A DNA stretch of 64,000 bases from Leucoraja ocellata (GCA_036785375.1 JAWMAR010000406.1:1240001-1304000); one strand, 5' to 3'. Counted from the stretch's first letter, positions 38,655 to 52,385 are shown. Notes: generated by a model from the sequence alone, not told the origin. Program-made: numbers and translations.

Positions 38655-39088
38655 ATGGGGCTGGAGGTGGATACACTGGAGGTGGTCTTGGACGGGAGGA
38701 TTCTCCTTAACCTGCAGAGCATCTTGGACAATACAGCTCACCCTCTCCATGACACACTGGTCAACCTGAGGATCACCTTCAGCAACAGATTGGGTCCACC
38801 AAGATGCAGGACAGAATGCCACAGGAGATCCTTTTTCCATGTGGCTATCAAACTGTACAACTCCTCCTCATTTGTCATTTGTCCCCCCCCCCCCCCCCCC
38901 ACCCCTCATCCCCCCCCCCCTCCCCCCCAATCTTTGCATATCCCCAATCCTGGACTTTCCACTTATCACTTTAATTTCATGTTTCATGTGCTTTGTTGTG
39001 TTTTATGACTGTTGGCACCAATTTACCAATTTCCCTCCTGGGATAAATAACGCTCTATTGTATCGCATCATATTGTATCGTATCGTAT
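38655..39088 (+). mobile_element. Rex1/Babar-like LINE 3' end
   Basis: Encodes ILDNTAHPLH..RCRTE.HRRSFF.VAIKLYNSS, followed by a (TATCG)n tail. Confidence 0.8.
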
Positions 39089-39727
39089 ATATTAATGCCA
39101 AATGCAGCAATAAAGACAATGATGAATGAAAAAGCAGCAGGATGGTGCAAGATTGTCCTGCAATCTCAAATAGTGCACAAATATAGACATATACTGAATA
39201 ACTGAATGAGCTAGTGTTAAGTGGTTTAGTAATTGGCTTTGGTAAAGTTGGAGATTTTCCTTAGTGTATACGATAGTGCTAGTGTACGGAGTGGTCGCTG
39301 GTCGGCACGGACTCGGTGGGCCAAAGGACCTGTTTCTGCGCTGTATTTTTAAAGTGTATCCAGGAAAGCTTCATGAGGCAGTACATAGTTTCACTAGAAA
39401 AGGGATGCGCAAAGTTTAGTAGTTGGGAATATTGTAGGGAAAGTGGAAGGAATGTCAATGGGAGTATTTTTCAGAAGTGGTGACCATGAATTTCTAAGCT
39501 CTTAGGTTATTACGAAAGAAGTCTGGGATGAACAGGAAACGTTATTTTCACACAACAGAGGGTGGTGGGTAGATGGAATGAGTTGCCAGAGGACTTCGAT
39601 GAGGCAGGTACAATAACACCATTTAAAAGATATATGGACAGGGGAGGCACAGCGGTAGAATTGTTGCCTTTCAATGCCAGAGACCCGGGTTCGATCATGC
39701 ATCAGCACAGAATTCCTTGAGACTTGC

Positions 39728-39887
39728 CTATTATTTCCATGAAAATCTGCTTCCAGTGCTCACACGTCTGAAATCCGTGGCGTAGTGATGATTGCTCGGA
39801 AAACTGTAGGAGCTGGTCCTGGAGGTAGTTCTCCCATTTCAAGTAGTCTGCATAGGTTTGAAACGAGGACTTTCCTTTGTAAGTTGT
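39728..39887 (-). CDS. DISP3: DISP3 coding exon with GC splice donor
   Basis: Encodes TTYKGKSSFQTYADYLKWENYLQDQLLQFSEQSSLRHGFQTCEHWKQIFMEII. Sites are ccacag|ACA and ATAG|gcaagt; 160 bp, phase 0 to 1. Confidence 0.93.
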
Positions 39888-40159
39888 CTGTGGAGAATCA
39901 AGGAGATGAATATGGTGACAGCAAACAGAATCAAAACACTGTGCAGCACATATTCTGTCGGATCAATGAGCTTTCCACCGATGCACAGCTTCAGTTTTGT
40001 GGGTCGCATTAACAACCTGCACTTATATTGCAATTTAAATGCTGCAAACACTCTCAGGCTACTTAATGTGTACAATAAGATTAATACTGATAATGAGCTG
40101 GGGAAGCAGATAGTAAGGTAGAACATTTAAAAACTCAGACATAGAAGTACGTATTTTTA

Positions 40160-40703
40160 ATTTAGTTTAGAGATACAGTGCGGAAGCAGGCCCTTAGCCC
40201 ACCGAGTCCGCACCGACCAGTGATCCCCGCACATTAACACTATCCTACACACACTAGGGACAATTTACACTTACACCAAGCCAATTAACCTACATACCTG
40301 TATGTCTTTGGAGTGTGGGAGGAAACTGAAGATCTCGGAGGACACCCACGCAGGTCACGGGGAGAATGTACAAACTCCATACTGACAGCACCCGTAGTCA
40401 GGATCGAATCTGGGTCTCTGACGCTGCAAGCACTGTAATGCCCCTGTCCCACTTAGGAAACCTGAACGGAAACATCTGGAGACTTTGCGCCCCACCCAAG
40501 GTTTCCGTGCAGTTCCCGGAGGTTGCAGGTGGTTGCCGGAGGTTGCAGGTAGTGGAAGCAGGTAGGGCGACTGACTAAAACCTCCGGGAACCGCACGGAA
40601 ACCTTGGGTGGGGCGCAAAGTCTCCAGAGGTTTCCGTTCAGGTTTCCTAAGTGGGACAGGGGCATAAGGCAGCAACTCTACCGCTGCACCACCGTGGCCG
40701 CCC
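40160..40703 (-). mobile_element. HE1-like V-SINE interrupted by a MITE
   Basis: The SINE consensus cactgtaaggcagcaactcta is split at TAA. Confidence 0.85.
40439..40664. mobile_element. PIF/Harbinger-type MITE (226 bp)
   Basis: 86-bp TIRs (40439-40524 and 40579-40664) with 2 mismatches. TAA target-site duplications lie at 40436-40438 and 40665-40667. Confidence 0.9.
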
Positions 40704-40739
40704 ATAAATTGTATTAAAATGGTCGCAGGAAACTTTTGC

Positions 40740-41110
40740 AGAAGAAGGTCTTTAAAATGATGAGAGGGACAGACAGAGTTGATGTGGATACGCTTTTCCC
40801 ACTGAGAGTAGGGAAGATTCAAACAAGGGCACATGACTTTAGAATTAAGGGACTGAAGTTTAGGGGTAACATGAGGGGGAACTTCTTTACTCAGAGAGTG
40901 GTGGATGTGTGGAATGCGCTTCCAGTGAAGGTGGTGGAGGCAGGTTCGTTTTTATCATTTAAAAATAAATTGGATAGTTATATGGATGGGAAAGGAATGG
41001 AGGGTTATGGTCTGAGCGCAGGTATATGGGACTAGGGGAGAATACGTGTTCGGCACGGACTAGAAGGGTCGAGATGGCCTGTTTCCGTGCTGTAAATTGT
41101 TATATGGTTA
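40740..41110 (+). mobile_element. HER1-like LINE 3' end
   Basis: Encodes VFKMMRG.DRVD..LFP..GNFFTQRVV.VWNALP..FKNKLDSYM, with a (ttatatgg) tail. Confidence 0.85.
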
Positions 41111-43072
41111 TGGAGCATCTCTGGAATTGTTTATCCTGGGATACTGTGGAGGCCGAGTCATTCGTTCAGTTTAGTTTATTGTTTAGTTTCATGGGATTGT
41201 TTTAAGATTCACGTGGGATTCTACATGGGACTGTTTTATGATCGTGGGGCAATTTAAAGAATATGTACTTATGCTCCACAGAGTCCCCACAACCCAAAAT
41301 GTTTTACAATTCAAAATGTTCACAGATTATAAAAACCCAGGAAGCATATAAATTTAAATCTGGAAACCAATCAAAGAAAAATTGGTTGGCAGGAACAGGA
41401 GACAGATTAAAGCGTGTCTTTAAAAATCATGATAATGGATTCAAATATTCATAAGATTAGATTGCTCAGATTTTCACAGCCATACAATGCTTGGGAAGTT
41501 TCAGGTGTGAAATATCCAGCACTAAGCACTAAATTAATTTCTAGGCTTAAACAGAAATGGGCTGAAATTAACTTGGTATATTGGCACAAGGATTCATGGA
41601 AGAATTGTGAGAATATGATAGGACCACACGGTCTCTCAGGCTGACAGAAATAAAGAGATTGGAATCTCAATATTAACATATTAATTTAATATTTTTAAGT
41701 GACCATTCTGTTTTTTTCCCTCTCCAGATATTTGTCTGTACATTTTTGTTTCAATTTGATTCTTTTCCTTTTTTCACACTCTTTTTAAAGTACACGTAAT
41801 TTTGCGATAAGCCGTGTTTCCATATTGTAAAATGGATAAAACGTGGTGGATGAATATGAGAATGTTACTTGTATTATGTGGGTCGAATTGATTATAAAGT
41901 AATTTCGATTGGGAATGAGAGAGCCACTTATAAGTTAATTTGGAAATCGCCAAACAGGAAAAAAAGCTGCCTCTTTTACTTTTACCCAGAGCAGGGGAAT
42001 CAAGAACCAAGGGACATAGGTTTAGTGAGAGGGCAAAGAATTAATAGCAACCTGAGTGACTACCTTTTCCGCACAGAGGGTGGTGGGTATATGGAACGAG
42101 ATGCCAGAGGAGATAGCTGAGGCAGGTACCACAGCAACATTTCAAATACATTTGTACAGATTCATGGATTGGAAAGGTTTAGAGAGATATGGGCGAAATG
42201 CAGATAGGTGGAATTAGTGTAGAGGAGCCTATTCATTCAATGTATGTATTCAAGAGAGAGTTAGATATAGCTCGTAGGCCCAACAGAACCAAGGGATATG
42301 GGGAGAAAGCAAGAGAGAGGAGTACTGATTGTGGATGATCAGCCATGATCATATTGAATGGCAGTGCTGGCTCGAAGGGCCGAATAGCCCACTCCTGTGC
42401 TTATTTTCTATGATACATGGTGTTATGACTCCAATGCAACTATCATGATGTACCAGAATTGTTACCCCGATAATTTTAGTCCGCATCCTATTACAGAAAT
42501 GTCCTCCATCTCTCCACCCACCAGCTATCTCCCCCCCCCCCCCATTCTGGGAAGGGTGGGGCATTTTGGGACGTTTTCTGGAATGTTTTCTCATGTTTCC
42601 ATTTCTGATGAAGGATCTTTGACCTGAACATATTTCTCCCCTCCTCACTGATTCTATTAGGCCTGCTGAATGCTTCCTGCATTCCTTGATTTTGTTTTCA
42701 ATTTCCTTTAGTTTGATGCTTGAAGGTTCTTGGTTCTTGGTTCTTGGGTCCTCCAAAATATTCCAACTGGAATTGAAACTGGAGGTGGTGAAGGGAGGGA
42801 TTAAGCCAGAAAGGGTATAAAGAACACACACTATAGAATTTAACATAAAACATCCCCACACAGCAGAATCAAAGTTTCCCACTGTGTGGGAAGGCACCAA
42901 AGTCAGTCTCTTCCTCCACTGTTCCTCGTGGTCAGCGCCTCCCCAAGCCCTCCGCAGTTGCCGCTACGGGCGGCCCGATGTCCAGGACCGCTCGCCGAGA
43001 TTTTTTGATTTTCAAGTCAATTTGACTCAGATTTTAGCTGTACAAAAATTAATAGGAGAGGATTGTTGCCAC

Positions 43073-43378
43073 AGTGGCATTGTGGAAGCGGTAGACTGCT
43101 TACTTACAGCACCAGTAGACCCAGGTTCGATCATGATTAAGGGTGCTGTCTGTACGGAGTTTGTTTGTTCTCCCTGTGACTGCATGCGTTTTCTCCGGGT
43201 GCTCTGGTTTCCTCCCACACCCCTTAAGATGTACTGGTTGCTAAGTTAAATGGCTTCTGTAAATTGTAAATTGTCCCTAGTGTGTAGGACAGTGTTAGTG
43301 TATGGGGTGAGTGCTGGTCGGCGCAGACTCAGTGGGCTGAAGGGCCTGTTTCCACGCTGTATCTCTAAAGTAAAGTCT
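43073..43378 (+). mobile_element. HE1-like V-SINE
   Basis: tRNA-like head, V-domain core and tail. Confidence 0.8.
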
Positions 43379-43685
43379 AATGGGTGCAAAAGATAGAAGT
43401 TTTCAGCCACTCCAGAGATATTACAGCTAGATGGGATGGGGGTCTAACTGGATGTGTCAGAGATGAAGACCACCAAGGAATTCAAGGGTCGATAATATAA
43501 TTACCACTCAAAAACATGGTTCTCTGTCCGGTGGATGCATGGCGCTTGTTGGAACAAAATAAGTTTATTTCCCACATGAACACACAGCAAAGAGCTCAAC
43601 TCAAGGGTAACTCCCTCAGGCGTTTCAACAATGCAATCGGGCAGCTGTAAAAATGATCTACATTTTATTTCTTTGCAATGCTTAC

Positions 43686-43831
43686 AGATTCAAAGGCCAT
43701 CGAGATCCACTGAACCCTGCCATCTCTCACTCCTACAGCGCCGTGGGAGAGCTGCCCAGGAAGCAGGTTGGGTTCTGGTATGCTCTTGCATTCCGGGTGC
43801 AACATCTGCAGGAATGTAGAAACGCTGTAAC
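43686..43831 (-). CDS. DISP3: DISP3 coding exon
   Basis: Encodes GYSVSTFLQMLHPECKSIPEPNLLPGQLSHGAVGVRDGRVQWISMAFES, which is not in the ORF track. Sites are cctag|GT and TCT|gtaagc; 146 bp, phase 1 to 0. Confidence 0.94.
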
Positions 43832-45105
43832 CTAGGGCACAAGAAGAGCTTGATGTTACTTACCAGCAACAGTGTTTATAAATCATCAGCTGACGTCAGT
43901 CAACAAAACAAATTACACATTCAGATCTCCATTCAGCAGAAGGGGCCTGGTGTTTTGCTTTGAGTTTCGTAGCTATCAAACTTTACAATTCCATCCCCTT
44001 CTGTCGTGGGGTAGACTAAGATTGACTCCCCTCCCCCCTCTGCCCTTCTCCCCAATCTTTGCACATCCCCAATCCTTTCCACTCGTCATTAATTTCATGT
44101 TTCATGTATTTTGTGTTTTTTATAACTGTTGGCAGATCAATTTCCCTCCTGGGATAAATAAAGTTCTATTGTATCATATGCTCTCTGTCCGGTGCCTCAG
44201 ACGGTGACTGCAATCCTCAGTACGATACAGATGTTGACTCGAGGATTGTTCCAGGAATCTTGTGCCAAATCTGGGACCTGCCGCAGCTAAAATTAGTTTC
44301 AAGGGTGCCAGATTGTAAACGTATGGAGAACATATTCTGGTTCATCTAGCAAGATGCGTACATCAAGAGTGGTACAGTGGTACAGTTGCTGCCTCACAGG
44401 GTTAGAGACCCAGGTTCAATTCTGACCTCGGATGTTGTCTACGTGGAATTTTTATGTTCGCCCTAGGACTGTGTGGGTTTCCTTCGGGTGCTCCGGTTTC
44501 CTCCCACATTCCATAACACATATAGCTTGGTGGGTTAACTGGCCACTGTGAATTACCCCAGTGAGTCTGGGGGAATTTGATGGGAATACAAAATGGAATT
44601 AAGGTGGTGTCAGCACAGACTTTGTGTTTCTGTGCCTTATTTCTCTACATCACATTACTTATATCCTCCTTGGAGAGCATTTAATAAAGGGATTATCTCC
44701 CATGCTCATTTGAGGGACGGCATCTCAGGAGTTTTTCTCTACCTTACCATTTCCACAATCCAGGTCTCTTCTAGGATGCTTCTCTCACCTACTTTAGCAA
44801 AAATGAGAGCTAACACAACCAAGACTAAAGATAACATACTCATCATCGCCTCTTTGATTAAGTGTCAAAATTCATCTAATCAGCCTTCATTCATCTCTAA
44901 TATTTTCATAACAAATAAAAAATTGAAAGAAGGTGGAGAAACATTTATTTTTTCTTATTGGATTTTCCCAACTTGCTTGCAGCAGTAACCAGGAGATTAA
45001 GCTTCAATCCTGGGACAATTTGGGAGGGGTGGGGTCATTCTTTGATTCCAGGCGAGGGAGAAAATCTGTCAAGTAAGCACTTCAGGTTTTCACAGACTGC
45101 CATTT

Positions 45106-45412
45106 TAGTTTAGTTTAGAGACACAGCGTGGAAACAGGCCCTTCAGCCCACCGAGTCCGCACCGACCAGCGATCCCCGCACATTAACACCATTCTACACA
45201 CACTAGGGACAATTAACATTTATACCAAGCCAGTTAACCTACAAACCTGTACGTCTTTGGAATGTGGGAGGAAACCGAAGATCTCGGAGAAAACACATGC
45301 GTTCACGGGGAGAATGTACAAACTGCATACAGACAGCACCCGCAGTCGGGATCGAACACGGGTCTACGGCGCCGCAAGGCAGTAACTCTACCGCTGTGCC
45401 ACGGTGCCGCCC
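45106..45412 (-). mobile_element. HE1-like V-SINE, near full length
   Basis: Clear head gggcggcaccgtggcacagcggtagag on the minus strand and an (aaact)n tail. Confidence 0.88.
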
Positions 45413-47028
45413 TGTATGACCAGGCTGCACTGTATAGAAATATCCCAATGCATTGTTTCAAAGATGGGCAATGATATACTCACAGTGTCATGATAAACAT
45501 ATATCCTGCAACCAAGTTCACTAAAAGCAGACGATTGCGTCATTATCGTGCCCATTTATAATCTCCTACTGCACACAAATGTGAAGCTGTGTATCATTTA
45601 TTTTAAATGCCTGACTTCAAATCTACTTAGCTGCCTGCGAAACACTTTTGCACGACCCAAGAATGTGAAAGATGCAATTGAAATTTGTCTTCCTTTTCAG
45701 ATTAAGAAAAGACATATACATAACATAGAGACGATATTCTTGTTAAACATAACTGCACTGTGAAAGCCTGTTTTAATCAAAGTTTTGCAGAGATTGAATT
45801 GGAGCAATTAAAGAGAATACATTGCTTCTGGAGAAGGTAAATGGATGAAGCAATTACAAGGATGTTGGTGAATTGGTGACCTCTGCTCATAGCTCATTTG
45901 ACCCATCATTAACGTAAATACTGATTCAAACTGCTGCTTTATCCTGAGGCGTTTATTCGAAGTGGCTGTCAATGCTTTGAAAATCTACTTTGAGCTTTTA
46001 TGCAGTTGGGATACGTGAAGATTTCCTTTAAAGAAAAGTTCATTCTCCACATTCTGAATAAATACTTCCAGTGAAACAGATTCAGTGAAGTTGGCTAAGT
46101 GACCTTGTTGAAATGCCTAAAGGATCAATCAACTTTAATGCTGACAGGAATGTGAAACTACAGCAGTTACCAATCAATACAGCTACGTGCCAAACCTATG
46201 GTTTGTGCATTTTATTCTGGTTCTAAAGGACATAATAAATTTGGTACCGAGGAACTGCAGATTTGCAAAAAAAAGCACAAAGTTGCCAGGACTAGAGGGT
46301 CTGGTCTATAGGGAAACATTGAGTCTATTCCTTGGAGCGAAGGAGTATGATGGGTGATCTTTTAGAGTATATTAAATCATGAGAGGAATAGATTGGGTTG
46401 ATGCACAGTCTCTTGCCCAGAGTAGCTGAATCGAGGACCATACAACATTGGTTTAAGGTGAAGAGATTTAAAAAGATTTAATAGGAATGTGAGCGGAAAA
46501 TTTTCACACAAAGGGTGGTGGGTGTATGGAACAAGCTGCCAGGGGAGGTAGTTGAGGCTGCAACCATCCAAATGTTTAAGACACAGTTGGACAATTACAT
46601 GGATAGGACAAGTTTGGAGGGATATGGACCAAATGCAGGCAGGTGGGACTAATGTAGCTGGGACATGTTGGCCAATATGGGCAAGTTGGGCTGAAGGGGC
46701 TGTTTCCATGCTGTATCACTCTATGACTTTAAGTGCTGGAAAAACTCAGTGGGTCAGACAGCGTCTCTGGAGAACATGGATAGGTGACGTTTCGGTTTGG
46801 GCACCTTCTTCAGACATAATACATTTGTTTGTCATGAGCATTGAAGCTCTATCATACAATAAACCAATTACTATCTTTAAAAACAAATGGTCAATCACAG
46901 TTTCCAAAATGGACCCACAATTTGAATGGCAATGCAAACAAAAAAAAGGTTACATTGAAAAAAAATGATGTTGCATTTATTGGAAAGGGCAGTGTGACAT
47001 GAGGGAGGGACTGGAGGATGAGGAGATG

Positions 47029-47047
47029 CAGCGCCATCTGCTGGCCA
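47029..47047 (-). promoter_or_regulatory. CTCF core motif
   Basis: The minus strand reads TGGCCAGCAGATGGCGCTG, matching the CTCF consensus TGGCCASYAGRKGGCRS. It sits in non-repetitive intron sequence. Confidence 0.6.
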
Positions 47048-48882
47048 TGTATGTGCAAGTGACGTTCATAGAATTGGAGCCCATCCATGTCAGCCTGAAG
47101 AAATGTCCCGACTCTTTGACACCTTCAATGCCTCAATCATTGTCACTCACGTGCAATTAGCTGCTCCCTCAACTCCAAGGGGCATTGACTTTAATGGATT
47201 TGGCAGGCAGCCACTTTAGGCTTTGACTGCTGAGTCAACTGCTGGACCACACACATCACCACTGTAACACTGACAACCACTCCAGGATCATCTTCACACG
47301 TCTTCCATCACTATAGCCACACTTATGCAAAGGAATTGGCCGAGTATCCCTGAGCTGGCCCCAGTTTCTAGCGATATTCACAAAATCCTGGAGTAACTTT
47401 GGGCAGCACAATGGGACAGCAGTAGAGTTGTTGCCTTACAGCGCCAGAGACCCAGCTTCAATCCTGACTGCGGGTGCGGTCTGTACGGAGTTTGTACGTT
47501 CTCCCTGTGATTGCGTGGGTTTTCTACGGGTGCTCTGGATTCCTCCCACACTCCAAAGACATGCAGGCTTGTAGGTTAATCGGCATAGTGTACACCGGTC
47601 AGCATGGATCCGGTGGGCAGAAGGACCTGTTTCCCTCTTGAAGGAGCATCAAAACTTGCACCTGGCACTTCAGAAAGTGGTCTAATGATTAATCTGTACT
47701 AATTTATTCCCTTCACAATTCGTATTCTTTGTTGGATGAATTTCCTTGTTTAAAATGCTAGATAGAACCATGCATTTGTTGCGCTTTGCATGATTGCAGA
47801 TTCAGGGTGCAAACGTCAAAATAGGGCAGCAGACTAGCTGTAAAGTTGTGACAAATTGCTGCAAATGATTTGGATACAGATTCCTGCTGCTGCTCTCAGT
47901 ACAAAATAAAGAGGAGACAGTGATATCAAAAGAAAACTAAAACGGGACAGGTAGGGGTCAAAATGATTATAAACATATCAAATTAACATGCAGAAACAAG
48001 AGGACATTATAAAGTTTTATTAGGAATCTGTTGTTGAGGCAGAGACTATCGTTTCTTAATTGTTTAAGAAACAATTGGACAGGTGCATGGATAGGACAGG
48101 TTTATAGGGATATGGGCTGAATGGGACATGTTGGACGGTGTGTGCACTTTGGGCCGAAAGGCCTGTTTCCACACTATAAGTCAGTAGATCGAGATGGCCC
48201 CGACCATGGCTGCCAGGAAACCCTCATCAGAACCATCTGAGGAAGGTCCCCGACCCGAAACGTCATCTGACAAAGTTCTCAGAATGCTGCCTGACTGGCT
48301 GAGTTACTCCAGTAACTTCTGTCCTTTAATGCGTTAACCTGCATCTGCAGTTCCTTGTTTCTTCATCAGATCCTTTCTCACATACCCACTGCTCCTCATG
48401 TCCCATCGCCACAGGCCAATGAATCTGTCAATTAAGTCAAGATGTGGAGGGGATGTTTCCACTAGTGGGAGAGTCTAGGACCAGAGGCCTCAGAATAAAA
48501 GTACGTACCTTAAGAAAGGAGATGAGGAGGAATTTCTTTAGTCAGTGGGTGGTGAATCTGGGGAATTCATTGTCACAGAAAGCGGTGGAGACCAAGTCAA
48601 TGGATATTTTTAAGGTGAAGATTGATAGGTTCCTGATTAGAACGTGTGTCAGGGGTTATGGGGAGAAGGCAGGAGAATGGCAGTGAGATAGATCAACAAC
48701 GATTGAATGGCGGAGTAGACTTGATGGGCCAAATGGCCTAATTCCACTCCTGGAACTTATGAATTTATAATCTCCAGCACTGTTGTATTGTTTTAAAGAC
48801 AGGTTGTGCGCTGCACCCAAGTGCAGTCCAGACTGAGTCGCATTCAGGGTAGACATTGGCTCTGACTGCATTCTCCACTTAC

Positions 48883-49009
48883 CAGAAGGTAAACATTGAG
48901 CTCCTCCTGGCTTCACCAACTCATGGTTGCCGCCAATGGCCTTGCAAATCTTACACAGATTCCCAATTTCTTGGAACAAGTCGAAGCTCTCATCGTAGAT
49001 GACACTGCC
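48883..49009 (-). CDS. DISP3: DISP3 coding exon
   Basis: Encodes GSVIYDESFDLFQEIGNLCKICKAIGGNHELVKPGGAQCLPS. Sites are gaaag|GGC and G|gtaagt; 127 bp, phase 0 to 1. Confidence 0.93.
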
Positions 49010-49230
49010 CTTTCAGGAGGGAAAGAGAGAGAAGCTGGTGAAAACGAAATTTCAACATTAAACCGCGGAGGTAAATAAAAGAAGTGGAAGATGGCAAGAC
49101 TTGGCTGATGGAACAGCAGAAGATTACACAAAATGCTGGAGTAACTCAGTGGGACAGGCAGCATCACTGGAGAGAAGGAATGGGTGACATTTCGGGTCGA
49201 GACCCATTCTGACAGAAAAGCAGCATGTAC

Positions 49231-49412
49231 CATATCTCCTATCACATGGTTGTCTTGTTTCCGTGTGCGGTTCACTCCCAGAATCCCAAACACAACGAAG
49301 ACCATGGCTCCCGTGTCCACTAGGGGGCGGACCGCTGGCTTCCCACAGCCGTCGTTCATGCAGGGGTTGAAGTCAAACGTTGGGGCCTCTTCAACATTTG
49401 ACACCGAGAAAG
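49231..49412 (-). CDS. DISP3: DISP3 coding exon
   Basis: Encodes FDFNPCMNDGCGKPAVRPLVDTGAMVFVVFGILGVNRTRKQDNHVIGDM. Sites are cttag|CT and ATG|gtacat; 182 bp, phase 1 to 0. Confidence 0.93.
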
Positions 49413-51109
49413 CTAAGGGAGAACACATCATTAAACGTGAAGCAAAATTATGACACACATGTATCATCTAATTGTTTAAAGCACTTTAAACACAAGAAAA
49501 TAGGTGCAGGAAATGCAAGACTGCCCCAGCATTCAACATCATGGCTGATCTATGCCAGTTCTGAAGAACCTTTCAGTCCTCAATTGTTCAACTATTTATC
49601 AATTTCTATCTTAAGTATATCTAATGATCTAGCCTCTTACACCCGGTGGTAAACAATTCCAGAGAGTCCTTCTAGGCTAGGATGAATTTTTTTAAAGAAT
49701 TCATCCCACACTCTATTGCTAAGTCTCCATGTTGTCACAGTGTGAGGTAGAGAGGGGGGGGGGGGGGGAGGAGGGGAGGGGGAGGGGCGGAACCAAGCTG
49801 GAAACAAGAGGCGGGGGCAGGACAGAACTTGACAAGTGATAGGTGGATATACGTGATGGGGGGGTGGGTTGATCGGCAGATGGGAGAAGATCGTGACAAA
49901 AAGGTGGAGGTGAAAAGGAGACAAAAGGGTTTAGGATAAGGAAAGAAGAGGAGGAGTGAAATGTAAAACTGGAGGGAGGGATATGGGTGGAAGGGTGAGG
50001 GGGAGGGGAAAGGAACGATAAAATAAAGTAGGCAGGAGAGCACTGTGTGGGGAGTGGTGAAGCCACAGGATGACCAGAGTAGTGGGAGATGGGTGTGCAC
50101 TGGTGAGGCAGGGTGGGAAGGAGGGGTGGGTAAGGGGTATATTACTTGATATTGGAGAATTCAATGTTCATACAAGTTGTAAGTAACATAAGCAGAATAT
50201 GATATTCAGTTCTTTCACTTTGCGTGTGGTCTTGCCCTGGAAATGGAGGATGCCAAGGCCATAAAGATCAATATGGGAATGGGATTGGGAAGGGGAATAG
50301 AAATGGTTAGAAACCAGGAGCTCCAGCAGGCTTTGGTGTACTGAGTGCAACTGTTCGTTAAAACAGTCGCCTAGTCTACGTTTGGTATCGTTGACGTACA
50401 GGAGGTCACATCAGGAGCACCAAATGGAATACACAAAGACTATTCCCCTCCAACCCGAATACTTTGCATAAGATTCCAGCATCTGCAGTTTCTTGTGTTT
50501 CCTTAACTCTGTCTAACTCATGTCACTAAATTACTGATCGGATGATCTCATCTGCAGCTTTCTTATCCCCAAACTAATCATGGCCCCCCTGTAAAAAGGA
50601 TGTTCTCTTTGCCTTATCCATTCCACCTCACCCTCTCTGCAATTAAAACAAACGTATGGTCTCTGGTCCTCAGTTCGGGCAAAGTATCTACAATCTGAGA
50701 CATGGTCCTGTCTCTCTATCCACACATGCTGCCTGAGATGCTGAGTGTTTCCACCATTTTCTGTTTCTATTTGAGATTTCCAGCAGTTATTCTGAATTTT
50801 ACTTAACAGTGAATTTTTTTCTTTTAAGCTTGGCTTCAATACTCCAAATACAAACACTTTGGGTTTTCCTTCAATCCTATACTTCATACATCTGACCGTA
50901 AAGCCAAACGTGGTCCTTTACCTCTGGAGAAAGGGGAATAGCTGTTGATTCAGGTCGAGACTCTTCTTCAGACCCAAAAACGTCACAATTCCGTTTCTCC
51001 AGGGATGCTGTCTGACCCACTGAGTTACTCCAGCTTTGTTGTGTCTGTCTGCGATTTAAACTAGTATCTGCAGTCCCTTCCTACACATTTCATGTGATGG
51101 TCAACCTAC

Positions 51110-51240
51110 CTTTCTTGTAGGGGACAAAGAAGTAGCCTTGATTGGCACCATTGGGTCCTCCACTAAGAATGCAGCCAGGTGGTGCCAGGCAAATTCGACT
51201 GTGGTAGGGAGCCTTCCTCAGCTGGGCATAGTACAGCTTC
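51110..51240 (-). CDS. DISP3: DISP3 coding exon
   Basis: Encodes KLYYAQLRKAPYHSRICLAPPGCILSGGPNGANQGYFFVPYKK. Sites are ctccag|G and G|gtaggt; 131 bp, phase 2 to 1. Confidence 0.92.
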
Positions 51241-52385
51241 CTGGAGGAACCAGAAATTAGACACAGGGACCAACTTGGAACATATTCACAGATTCAATTG
51301 CAGCAGATAAAATGAGTACTTCCTACTAAGGACATCCTGTTTTAATCTACGATGTTACTAACAGACCAAGTCAAAATAAATAAGTTCTACACACAATGAA
51401 AGGAATATTCCTTTTAATTCAAATACCACCCCTTAGAACATTTTCACCCCACACTGTTGCTGAATAAGGATAGACTTGAATTTTCTCACAAATAACTATT
51501 ATGTGAAAATTGAGGTGGGGGGGGGGGGGGGGGGGGGGGAGATAGAAACACACTGAATTGGGATGCCCTCATTAATGAAGTGTTTATCAAACTCATTTTC
51601 TAGGACCATGAATTATGAATGGGCATCTCCAGAGTGTGAGTTTATGGAATCAGTTTGCAGAGAAGTGCCCCATAAAATTATAATTTGCTTTGAGACATAA
51701 TACTTGGCAATGGTACTTTAGTAGCTTTTATTACTAAAGGCGGCTACGCCTTTCCCAGCTGTATCAGGCAACTGTTATGTGAGGCAACTGAACCATCCTA
51801 CTAGACTGGAAACTAGACTGGAAACTGAGCTAATATCTACCTCACTGGAGACATGCAAACGATCTTTAATCACACTTTACTGGACTTTACCTTGCACTAA
51901 ATGTTATTCATTTTATCCTGTATCTCTACACTGTGGATGGCTCGACTGTGGTAATGTATTGTCTACAGCTGATGCATTAGCATGCAACAAAAGCTTTCTC
52001 CTGTACCTCGGTACAGGTGACAATCAACTAAACTATAGTAAATTAAACTAAAAGATTGCAACATTGGTCTGCCAGGTTTCTACAAATCAATTTCGAATGT
52101 AAATGCAGAATGTTATTGATCATAATTTTTGTACAACTTTGATACTATGGATATCTTTGTGGATATTTTCCAATACAGACTGCCCTAAACTTAGACGACT
52201 TTGATCTCTGTGAGCAATTTCTTTCATAGGACTCATAAGCATGGTGAGATCAAATAAAGAGAAGATTGCTAATCCATGTTGGACGTCACCTTGATGTTTA
52301 TGCTGGTAGCGAATAGTGGATGAAATTCTGCTTCCACAGTATTGGTCTTCATTATCTTATATGCAGCATTTCCCCATAAAGGCTT

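Noticed and set aside
52289-52355. Possible extra DISP3 cassette exon (IMKTNTVEAEFHPLFATSINIK)
   Set aside because: The acceptor is weak and the phase (0/0) is incompatible with the phase-2 junction. The flanking exons already join correctly (HTQ-KLYY).
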